Shown here piece after piece: positions 1 to 7,625 of a stretch of DNA of 43,924 nt (the first letter of the stretch is position 1; each line of letters opens with the position of its first letter). This DNA comes from a virus. Taxonomy: Duplodnaviria > Caudoviricetes. The notes under the pieces are model-generated. The model was not told where the DNA came from, searched no databases, and was given only the letters and a program-made list of their open reading frames with translations. The DNA lies in IMG/VR virus record IMGVR_UViG_3300017769_000025, positions 1 through 43,924 of that record; one strand, 5' to 3'. A program made the translations under genes and the position numbers.

Positions 1-120
1 CATGCCATTGAAAATAGATGCTGCTCTATCCATACCCTCACTGAAAGGGCCATATTGTCTTTCTTTTTCTTCGCTTCTGTGATTGATAATTTGATCTGCT
101 TCTTCTAGTATACTTTTCAT
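1..120 (-). CDS. Partial CDS (5' end only), DUF6378 / dNTP pyrophosphohydrolase-like phage protein
   Basis: Hand translation from ATG at 120: MKSILEEADQIINHRSEEKERQYGPFSEGMDRAASIFNGM, running off the window. The SILEEA...R...YG pattern resembles DUF6378-type phage proteins. A TGAAAC-N15-TATATAA element lies upstream. Confidence 0.6.
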   Translation of the reverse strand, partial: MKSILEEADQIINHRSEEKERQYGPFSEGMDRAASIFNGM

Positions 121-136
121 ATAATTATTTTAAAAC

Positions 137-164
137 TTATATACTAAAAAAGGAGATTGTTTCA
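137..164 (-). promoter_or_regulatory. Bipartite phage promoter TGAAAC-N15-TATATAA (middle-type, inferred)
   Basis: Plus strand ttatata 137-143 and gtttca 159-164 with a 15-nt spacer. The same architecture occurs at 16878-16905 and 17031-17058. Confidence 0.65.
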
Positions 165-177
165 TACAATCTCCTTT
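146..177 (-). terminator. Intrinsic terminator after the 153-aa gene
   Basis: Perfect 12-bp inverted repeat aaaggagattgt (149-160) / acaatctccttt (166-177) with a 5-nt loop and a U-run on the minus strand. Confidence 0.8.
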
Positions 178-217
178 AAATTACTAATTAGTTATTAACT
201 TTTTTACAATGTTAATT

Positions 218-679
218 TTACGATTTAAAGAATGGGTCTACTCCAAGTTCGAACTTTTTAATATCTTTAACGTTAATCATAATGGATAAATATGGGGGAT
301 TACTGTAACCATCATATTGGCCAATTGCCTTTGCGCCATTTATTGTTCCGCTAATATAATCAAATTCTGAGCCAGGTATTTCAAAATCTTTTTGGTTTTT
401 CATACTTTTGACAAGTTCATAATACCTATCAGTTAGTGCTTCTCCATCAGGATGATTTGCCCATGTGTCTCCTCCAATAAGTTCAACTATTTGGTCTGTT
501 CCTAAGTAGTCTGTTATATATTTCCAATCTGCATCAAGCTCTTCTGGTTCTGCATTACCTTCTTCTTTATTATACCAGTCTTGCTTAAATCTTTTAGCCA
601 TTTTTTTAAGTTCTGCTGGCGTTGTAGCCATCATATCATTTTCATTGATAAATTCTTCAAATAATTTAATATTTTTCAT
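218..679 (-). CDS. Putative internal head protein (capsid-targeting leader), function unknown
   Basis: N-terminus MKNIKLFEEFINE resembles the T4 IP capsid-targeting sequence MKTYQEFIAE ending in an I-x-E cleavage site. Confidence 0.6.
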   Translation of the reverse strand: MKNIKLFEEFINENDMMATTPAELKKMAKRFKQDWYNKEEGNAEPEELDADWKYITDYLGTDQIVELIGGDTWANHPDGEALTDRYYELVKSMKNQKDFEIPGSEFDYISGTINGAKAIGQYDGYSNPPYLSIMINVKDIKKFELGVDPFFKS

Positions 680-704
680 AATTTTAATTTAATATTTTAA
701 TTTT

Positions 705-1130
705 TTAAACTTCTGCAACTGTTAAGTCTCTATCGCCATAAGAAGCCATCATCCATTGCTTAGATCTTTCATCCCATAAATAAACATATTCTGCCCATCC
801 ATCATCTTCAGCATCTGCTAAATAATTTGCAATTTTAGTAATATTACCAGACATTGGTCCAGAATTTCTATCATCTTTATAAAAGTTTATATTTTTAGGA
901 TTTACTTCTAAACCTGAACCTGCGCCTTGTGAAATTACATAATCTACATTCTTTCCACCTTTATAACCTTTTCTTAAGATAGGTAATACATTTTCTGGAT
1001 AACCATCATAATGCATATAAACCGATGTGATGTTTCCTTTTTTATCAATTTTTCCAAATTGAGAACGTGTACCTTCGTTTATTTCTTGAGACTCATTAAT
1101 AAAGTCGTTAAAATTCTTAATGTTGTTCAT
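705..1130 (-). CDS. Putative internal head protein carrying a conserved phage HxDGYP-family domain
   Basis: Leader MNNIKNFNDFINESQEINE, then GTRSQFG...SVYMHYDGYPE...WAEYVYLWD, matching a widespread uncharacterised phage family (M[GS]TRSxIG...HxDGYP...EYxY). Confidence 0.65.
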   Translation of the reverse strand: MNNIKNFNDFINESQEINEGTRSQFGKIDKKGNITSVYMHYDGYPENVLPILRKGYKGGKNVDYVISQGAGSGLEVNPKNINFYKDDRNSGPMSGNITKIANYLADAEDDGWAEYVYLWDERSKQWMMASYGDRDLTVAEV

Positions 1131-1156
1131 AATATCTTTTTATTTTTAATATTATA

Positions 1157-1165
1157 TTATATATC
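1157..1165 (-). promoter_or_regulatory. Putative late promoter GATATATAA
   Basis: Exact 9-mer recurring upstream of several minus-strand virion genes, analogous to the T4 late TATAAATA box. Confidence 0.6.
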
Positions 1166-1168
1166 AAA

Positions 1169-1468
1169 TTAAAATATCTTTGTTTCTGACTTTGGGTACA
1201 TTGAACACATATGATAAATTCGAACTATTTTAGTAGCTAAATTGGTTGGACATTTTAGTGCATTTAATTGCAAAGAATCATATAAGTAGCCGTCAAATAA
1301 TCCATATAATGCGTTTTCAATAGATCTTGTTGTTTTAATATTTTCATGACTTTTATCTATATCTTGTAAATCATATCTATATAAACTAACTTCTTTAATT
1401 AAGTTCATAATTTCTTCTCTAGTTTCTGAATTCATTGATTCATGTCTGTTAAATCGTGTATAGCTCAT
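1169..1468 (-). CDS. Hypothetical protein, probably early-expressed
   Basis: 99-aa ORF with no capsid-targeting leader. It has a terminator and its own host-like promoter upstream. Confidence 0.7.
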   Translation of the reverse strand: MSYTRFNRHESMNSETREEIMNLIKEVSLYRYDLQDIDKSHENIKTTRSIENALYGLFDGYLYDSLQLNALKCPTNLATKIVRIYHMCSMYPKSETKIF

Positions 1469-1492
1469 CTTGTTTAAGTTTTAATTATAATA

Positions 1493-1524
1493 TAAATATA
1501 ACTATTTCCGGTGACCCGTGAAAA
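1493..1524 (-). promoter_or_regulatory. Putative host-RNAP (Bacteroidota sigmaA-like) early promoter
   Basis: Minus strand TTTT-N20-TATATTTA, versus the Bacteroidota consensus TTTG-N19-21-TAnnTTTG (one mismatch in each element). Confidence 0.45.
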
Positions 1525-1565
1525 TTTTTAGGCAACTTTTTTTCAATAGTTATTAACAATTTTGC

Positions 1566-1595
1566 AAAAAAAATCCAGGACTTGCCTGGATTTTT
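1566..1595 (-). terminator. Intrinsic terminator, possibly bidirectional
   Basis: Inverted repeat aaaaatccagg (1569-1579) / cctggattttt (1585-1595) with a 5-nt loop, ~20 nt after the stop at 1615. Confidence 0.85.
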
Positions 1596-1614
1596 AATAT
1601 TATAACTTTTTATT

Positions 1615-2499
1615 CTAACTTTGATCTTTAGCTATGTCATTAGCTTGAGCTCTAAACTGATCCATCATGTTTTTAGATTTCAATCCTAAATCATCTAATG
1701 CCTCTTTGCCAAACTTTTTTTCCAGCTCTTTATTACTGCTTTTTAGAACTTGCATAAATTTTTTATATTTAGCAGTTTTCTTTCTGTATTTTGCAAATGC
1801 ATTATCAACGTCATCTGGGTCAGCCTCGTCCATTGCTGCCATAACCTTATCAAGAGTATCTAAATTATCGATAGCTTTATCAAATAAACCCTGAACATCT
1901 GTTTTTTGAATTTGATCTATCATTTTATCGATTTCTTGTTCTTCTCTTGTTGTTTCTTTTCCATTTAATCTTGAAAAAAATCCTTCAGTTACTTTAGCCA
2001 AACCAACATAATCTTTAGCATATTGTTTCAACATTCTTTCGTTATAATATTCTTCTAATTTGTCTAAGAAAGCCTCGTGTGAATAATCCATTCCTGGAGT
2101 TACATATTCTCCCATATATTTTCCATGAGGAGAATTTAAAAAACCAAGTGCTTGTTTTTCTGACATGCCTTTATCTTGTAAAACTTCTATTGCAGCATCA
2201 TATGCTTTTTGAATGTCTCTGTTATTTAGATTTGACATTTCTTCAAGAAAAGCAACATAGCCTAAACTTTTTCTGGCGTTTTTTGCATTTGCTTCATTTA
2301 TAAATCCACTAAATGTAGTGTGTACCATTTCTTCTTTTCTATTTTTAAGATATTCTTCTCGTTCTTTCTTCTTTTTCTTTTGCTCTTTCTTAGCATCTCC
2401 TTTACCAGCAGGTATATCACCGCTTCCTACTTCTCCACCTTGTGGAAAGGCAGGATTTCCCATGCCTCCAATATTTGTTGGCGTAACGTTTTCGTTCAT
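1615..2499 (-). CDS. Putative multi-module internal head protein
   Basis: Likely start is ATG at 2499, overlapping the upstream stop (TAATG). Gly/Pro-rich then poly-Lys N-terminal part, an internal leader-like motif HTTFSGFINE, and a second site KVTE|GFFSRL. Confidence 0.6.
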   Translation of the reverse strand: MNENVTPTNIGGMGNPAFPQGGEVGSGDIPAGKGDAKKEQKKKKKEREEYLKNRKEEMVHTTFSGFINEANAKNARKSLGYVAFLEEMSNLNNRDIQKAYDAAIEVLQDKGMSEKQALGFLNSPHGKYMGEYVTPGMDYSHEAFLDKLEEYYNERMLKQYAKDYVGLAKVTEGFFSRLNGKETTREEQEIDKMIDQIQKTDVQGLFDKAIDNLDTLDKVMAAMDEADPDDVDNAFAKYRKKTAKYKKFMQVLKSSNKELEKKFGKEALDDLGLKSKNMMDQFRAQANDIAKDQS

Positions 2500-5400
2500 T
2501 ACCAAGCTAAGTTTCTTTTCTTAAGTTTAGCTAATTTATCTTTAATTCTCTTTGCATATTCCTCAGATTCTTTTTGAGAATATCTAGCTTCCCATTCAAA
2601 TTCTTTAGAATCTTTACCATATTTAGCTTCAGCCTCTTCAATTGTTGCCATATAACCTGACCATCTTTCATAGTCTGAAATTAAACCATTTATAAAGTTA
2701 CTAATGTCATTTAATTTATAAGCTCTACCGTCTGCTCCTACACCTGCAATAAGTTCTCCGTACTTATTTTTTTCTTGATTTTTTAAACCATCTTTCATAA
2801 CCTTAGTTGCATCATCAATTGCATCTTCTACTAATTTATCTATTGGTAATTCACTTGCTCTCTTTTGTAGAATTTCTCTATATCTTGCCATGTTTGCATC
2901 TTTAAATTCTTTATCAGATTTAAACGCTAATGCACCTTCTTTAGCTTTTACTCTATCTTCAATTTTTCCTTTAGCATTTGGAAGAGCGTTAGTATTAATT
3001 ACAAATGCAGCATCTGCAACATCAATTACTCTTTTTACATTATAAATACCGGATGCGTCCCAACCTCTATACTCTTTATTAATTCCAATATCAGAAGATG
3101 ATTTTCTAGGATCTAGAGTTAAAGACATTGTCATTTTTCTCTTAATATAATCTCTTTTAATATATGCGACGTCTTTTCCCATGCCTAATGCAAGTATTGT
3201 ATTTGCTGGAATTTTACCAGCAGAATTATATGCAGATTTTGAAGTATCAGCATAGGGGTTGTCTTTTTCTTGAGTTGTATAATAAACAACTAAGCCTTCT
3301 GCTTTTTTACCTAATTTAGGATCAATATCTATTATTTGATCATCTGTTATTTTGTCTAATTCTATTTTACTAAAGCCATAAATTGCTTTTAGAATTTGTT
3401 TACTACCTCTTTTCATAGTAAGAAGTCCTCTAAGTTTAGAACTCTTTAATGCTTCATTAAGTTCTAAAGATTCTTCTATTGAGCCAATAAATTCTTCAAC
3501 ATCATCATTATCAAGCATTGAGTATATGAATTCATCTCCGGCTTTATTAGAAACTCTTATCTCGTCTCCTTTAATTTCAGCTGAAACTCCTTTCATACCT
3601 TTGATTGCTTTTTTAATTTCTTTATATGGGTCTTTAACTTCATTAAGTTCTAAAGATTCATTAACGAATTGTTGGAAGTTTGTGTATATCATTGTTTCTT
3701 CTATTTTATTTGATTCATACTGTTGTACCATTGCATAATGATTCTTTATGAAATTAAGAAATTTTTCATATGAATCCTTTTGAGTTTTTGGAGTATCGAA
3801 TGCTTTAAACTTTTCATGTTTAAATACCTTTTTTATAAAGTCTTCTACATTTTTAGCTCCTCTTGCAATGCCTGTTAATTTTGAAGTAAAACTCTCGTCT
3901 AATTTGTAAGATTCTTCCTGCATGTGATCTCTATCTAATTCATAGTTAGATTTATAGGCGACAAACTCTCTTTTAGTTTTAGTATCTTTAAGCTTTACCT
4001 TGTGTCCTCCAACAAATTTAAGAATTTCATATTGGTAACCATTAACAGTATTACCAATAATATCTCCTACTTTAAAATCATATCTGTCTTTTCTTTTTTC
4101 AGTAATTGATTCGTTCATGAACTGACTAAATTCTGTGTATATTTTTGATTCTTTCATTGCCTTTGCTTTTGTTTTTAAGTCTTTCAATTCGCCTTTAAGC
4201 TCTCCTGATTTTGCGTATCTTTCAATACCCCAATTAAAGGCTGCTGTAAATAGCTTGTCAAATGGTAGTTTTGAGAATTTTCTACCATACGTTGAATTTT
4301 CTAACCAATCAGAAAATGCTTGAGCCATTCCTTTAGAAAGTTTAATACCTTCAACTGAATTAGTTTCTCCATTTACAACTGATTTTAATAATTTTTTTGC
4401 ATCTACTCTCGCTTCATTCACAGATTCTGTCATTACTGACGTTATATCTTTATAAGATATTTCATATTCGTCTCCGTCTTGATCGACTGCAAATACTGAA
4501 TTATCATGCCACATTGCAGCGTTGTCAGCATTGTTAGAATCAGGATTGTAGATGATGTATTCTTTTCCATCTCCGGTTTGAATCATTGCATCGTCTGCAT
4601 TACCTAGTTTTTTTAATAATTTTTTCTTGTCATATCTAGCTTCAGTAACTGTTGATTCTTCTAGTACATCTGCCTTTACGATTAAGTAATAAGGACCTCT
4701 ACTAGAACCTACTACTCTACCTTGATCGGAATCAATAACCGTTGACTTAGGTACAGATATAACATTTGATTTATTTTCATCAATCCATTTAGCTCTAGCA
4801 GTGGAGCTATTAAAAGATATTAATGGATTACCATCTACTGTTTTTTGTGTATTTACATATTTAGCTCTAGCTTCAGTAACTGCAGATTCTAAAATATCAA
4901 ATATGTGGAAACCTCCACCTGACATTGCGTCTGACCATTCAACGTGTTTAAGTTCTACTTCTGGATGAACTGCCTTAATAGAATCAATTACTTTTTGTGG
5001 GCTAATTTTATAACCATACTTAATTTGAATTCTCTTTTTGTTAAGCTTAGTAATTTTTGGCTTAGTTCTACCTGTATAATCTATTGCTAATTGATATGCA
5101 ACGTCTGACTTATTTAAACCTTCATCTATTGAAACTGATTCATTATACGGCATTAATAACTTAGTTATTTCTGCAACATGATGAGAATATGCATTTCTAG
5201 CAAAATCAGCATAACTATCATAAGCCATTCCTTCATCATTAAACCAATCATCTAATATTTCTTCGAATTTTTTTAAATCTAAACCTTTAAACATTTTAGG
5301 ATCAATCATATCGTACATGTCTTCATAATCACCTTGACCTGCTCTAATAGCTTGAGATATTTCTGCATACTCTTTAGTCTTTGATATTTTCTTAAGTTCA

Positions 5401-6011
5401 GCATTACTCATTTTTTCATTAACTTCATTAGATTCTTTAACTCCTATAAATTTAGCAAGTGCTGATTTAAGATCATCGTAAGTATATTTTCCTGAAAGAG
5501 CATCTGCTAATACAGTACCTTCTTTTTTACCTCCATTAACATATAAACTTTTGTGATCGAATCCTGGCCAATCACCTCCTCCAAATTCATTATCTGGATC
5601 TAGCCCTAAGTCTACGCCTAACGTAAATGATAAAGAATGTCTTCCATGGAATTGATCATTATATCCAAGTTTACCTTCTCTTTGATAACGACCTACGTTT
5701 ATTTTTTCATTAACTTCTGATTCTGTAACCAAACTATTTAATATTTTAGTTCCATATTTAGAAAGACTTACGCCATCTTCTTCTATTTTAAAAAATCTTT
5801 TATTACCTCTTGTCCATTTTGATGGAGCAGAAGAGTGTTGACTAACTATATTATTAAATTCTTCAACTGTGATTTTACCATCCTTTAATGCTTCGATAAT
5901 TGCATTTCTAACTCTAGCTGAATTGCCTACAGTTTTAGCAGGATGTGCTTCAGTATATCTTCTCTTAAGAGTTATATTTCTTTCGTTTAAAAATTCTTCA
6001 AATGTTGCCAT
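2499..6011 (-). CDS. 1170-aa putative capsid-packaged polyprotein with ~11 modules separated by prohead-protease-like sites
   Basis: Leader MATFEEFLNE. Recurrent linkers ESEVNE, ESNEVNE, ESVSIDE, ESAVTE, ESTVTE, ESVNE, ESITE, ESYKLDE and ESLELNE (twice) are spaced 62-105 aa apart. Late promoter motif upstream. Confidence 0.7.
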   Translation of the reverse strand: MATFEEFLNERNITLKRRYTEAHPAKTVGNSARVRNAIIEALKDGKITVEEFNNIVSQHSSAPSKWTRGNKRFFKIEEDGVSLSKYGTKILNSLVTESEVNEKINVGRYQREGKLGYNDQFHGRHSLSFTLGVDLGLDPDNEFGGGDWPGFDHKSLYVNGGKKEGTVLADALSGKYTYDDLKSALAKFIGVKESNEVNEKMSNAELKKISKTKEYAEISQAIRAGQGDYEDMYDMIDPKMFKGLDLKKFEEILDDWFNDEGMAYDSYADFARNAYSHHVAEITKLLMPYNESVSIDEGLNKSDVAYQLAIDYTGRTKPKITKLNKKRIQIKYGYKISPQKVIDSIKAVHPEVELKHVEWSDAMSGGGFHIFDILESAVTEARAKYVNTQKTVDGNPLISFNSSTARAKWIDENKSNVISVPKSTVIDSDQGRVVGSSRGPYYLIVKADVLEESTVTEARYDKKKLLKKLGNADDAMIQTGDGKEYIIYNPDSNNADNAAMWHDNSVFAVDQDGDEYEISYKDITSVMTESVNEARVDAKKLLKSVVNGETNSVEGIKLSKGMAQAFSDWLENSTYGRKFSKLPFDKLFTAAFNWGIERYAKSGELKGELKDLKTKAKAMKESKIYTEFSQFMNESITEKRKDRYDFKVGDIIGNTVNGYQYEILKFVGGHKVKLKDTKTKREFVAYKSNYELDRDHMQEESYKLDESFTSKLTGIARGAKNVEDFIKKVFKHEKFKAFDTPKTQKDSYEKFLNFIKNHYAMVQQYESNKIEETMIYTNFQQFVNESLELNEVKDPYKEIKKAIKGMKGVSAEIKGDEIRVSNKAGDEFIYSMLDNDDVEEFIGSIEESLELNEALKSSKLRGLLTMKRGSKQILKAIYGFSKIELDKITDDQIIDIDPKLGKKAEGLVVYYTTQEKDNPYADTSKSAYNSAGKIPANTILALGMGKDVAYIKRDYIKRKMTMSLTLDPRKSSSDIGINKEYRGWDASGIYNVKRVIDVADAAFVINTNALPNAKGKIEDRVKAKEGALAFKSDKEFKDANMARYREILQKRASELPIDKLVEDAIDDATKVMKDGLKNQEKNKYGELIAGVGADGRAYKLNDISNFINGLISDYERWSGYMATIEEAEAKYGKDSKEFEWEARYSQKESEEYAKRIKDKLAKLKKRNLAW
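3452..3659. repeat. 22-bp exact direct repeat flanking a 62-codon module
   Basis: cttcattaagttctaaagattc at 3452-3473 and 3638-3659 (encodes ESLELNE); offset 186 nt, in frame. Confidence 0.95.
4635..4882. repeat. 17-bp exact direct repeat flanking a 77-codon module
   Basis: tctagcttcagtaactg at 4635-4651 and 4866-4882 (encodes VTEAR), extending with 2 mismatches into gattct; offset 231 nt. Confidence 0.9.
5410..5717. repeat. 17-bp exact direct repeat flanking a 97-codon module
   Basis: attttttcattaacttc at 5410-5426 and 5701-5717 (encodes EVNEK); offset 291 nt. Confidence 0.9.
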
Positions 6012-6039
6012 TATTTTTCTTTATTTTTTGTCCTATCTA

Positions 6040-6048
6040 TTATATATC
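6040..6048 (-). promoter_or_regulatory. Putative late promoter GATATATAA
   Basis: Exact motif 28 nt upstream of the polyprotein start. Confidence 0.6.
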
Positions 6049-6052
6049 AATA

Positions 6053-7624
6053 TTATCTAGACTCAAGTCCTATGTTTTTATTAAATGGATTGTTTGCGCT
6101 TGCCCCAGCATAAAACTGAAACCTAGCTGCTGCAAAATCTTTAATTTTAAATTCTAAACCAGTTGACTTTCCACTAACTAATAAATATAATTGTTGAACC
6201 GTGCTAACTCTATTTATCATTGAAGATAAACCATTAACATATACTTTATTATCGTTTATTGTTCTTACCAGTTCTTTAGAAAGTGGATAAAACATGATAC
6301 CAAATCTATCTTTATCTTTTAGTCTTTTTTTATAGTATTGAATTGCTTTTAATTTATCGGTACATTCTCTTGGTCTAGACTTTGATTTATTCCAAAACAT
6401 ATCCATAATTTGCCACCATTCATTTTGATCCTTCTTATATAAATCATCTATCTTTTTCATTAAACCAACTCTAGAAATTTGAAGTGGCTTAATTCCTAAA
6501 GCATCTAAAATATACTTATATCCAGATGATTTATCTTTATATAAAATTTGATTTGCTAAAACAATATGAGTTAACCATACCTCAGATTGTCTACCTGTAT
6601 TTGGCTCTAAATAACCTGCATTTAATTTTGGGTTTGCAATTAGTTTAAGAATATTGTCGTATGTTATTTTTTCTTCTTTATTTAATTCCATTGCTGCCTC
6701 TTCACCTGGGTTAGAAACTCTTCCATCTATTATTCTTGCCATTGCTGCAATAGAAGGAGTTCCTCCTTTATTACCTGCCTTTGAAGATACTGACCAGCCA
6801 TCAAAATAAAAGTCGACTAATGCTGCATTTGCATCTGTTGGAAAGCTTAAACCTTTACCAGGATCTTTTACAACTGAAAATAAAAAAATACCTCCCAATA
6901 TTTCTCCAAAATCATTTGCTATTTTCTTAAGAGATCTTTCATCTATATTATAATCTTGTTGTAAATTTTTACCAAAATCTAAATTAAACTTTTTACCCGC
7001 TTTTTTCAGAAATTTACTTAAGTTATCGTACTTTGGAATTGAGGTCTGGTCTCTAGTATATTCTACTAATTTTATAAGATATTCTGTATAATTTTCTGGA
7101 AAAGTTTGTGCATATTTTCTTTTTAAATTTTGTATAGTTGTAGCACATATACTATCTATTGTTTCATATGTTCCTTCTTCTAATTCAAGCGCAACTGGTG
7201 TTAATTTTCCACCAGAAACTGGCGCCTTTTCACCTGACGCGGTTTTACCTATATTGCTAACAATACTATATTCTTCTCCTTTTAAAAACTCAGTTGTTCC
7301 TACGCTAATGTTTTTTAATATTGTAATAACTGCTGTTGCGAATTGACCTGATAGAGACTTTTCATCTCCTTTTTGATATATGTCTATTTTAAAAGAACTG
7401 TCAGGTAAACCTGCGTCCATCAGCATTTTTTGTAAATTATCTGTAGGGTCTACTCCTAAATCTGCTCTTAAAGATTCTCCAGTTTTAGCCTTTCCAACTG
7501 CTCCTTTATAAGAAGTAGATTGCATCCAACTATTATAAGCTGGCTCGAACCATTTTCTTTTATACTTATCTCTTGATTCGTATAACCTGTTTAGTTCTAT
7601 TTGAAAACTAGTTCTTATGCTCAT
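6053..7624 (-). CDS. Putative PD-(D/E)xK restriction-endonuclease-fold protein
   Basis: NDFGEILGG helix followed by FPTDANAALVDFYFDGWSVSSKAG (E...D...SxK arrangement). Possible L-Y-E cleavage site at residue 16. Confidence 0.45.
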   Translation of the reverse strand: MSIRTSFQIELNRLYESRDKYKRKWFEPAYNSWMQSTSYKGAVGKAKTGESLRADLGVDPTDNLQKMLMDAGLPDSSFKIDIYQKGDEKSLSGQFATAVITILKNISVGTTEFLKGEEYSIVSNIGKTASGEKAPVSGGKLTPVALELEEGTYETIDSICATTIQNLKRKYAQTFPENYTEYLIKLVEYTRDQTSIPKYDNLSKFLKKAGKKFNLDFGKNLQQDYNIDERSLKKIANDFGEILGGIFLFSVVKDPGKGLSFPTDANAALVDFYFDGWSVSSKAGNKGGTPSIAAMARIIDGRVSNPGEEAAMELNKEEKITYDNILKLIANPKLNAGYLEPNTGRQSEVWLTHIVLANQILYKDKSSGYKYILDALGIKPLQISRVGLMKKIDDLYKKDQNEWWQIMDMFWNKSKSRPRECTDKLKAIQYYKKRLKDKDRFGIMFYPLSKELVRTINDNKVYVNGLSSMINRVSTVQQLYLLVSGKSTGLEFKIKDFAAARFQFYAGASANNPFNKNIGLESR

Positions 7625-7625
7625 T

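Noticed and set aside
1491-1498. Perfect T4 late promoter TATAAATA on the plus strand
   Set aside because: No credible plus-strand gene follows; it is the reverse complement of the host-like element of the 99-aa gene.
2499-6011. Inteins or a tandem-repeat protein as an explanation of the modular 1170-aa ORF
   Set aside because: No Cys/Ser...His-Asn splice motifs are present, and the modules are not similar to each other; only the linkers recur.
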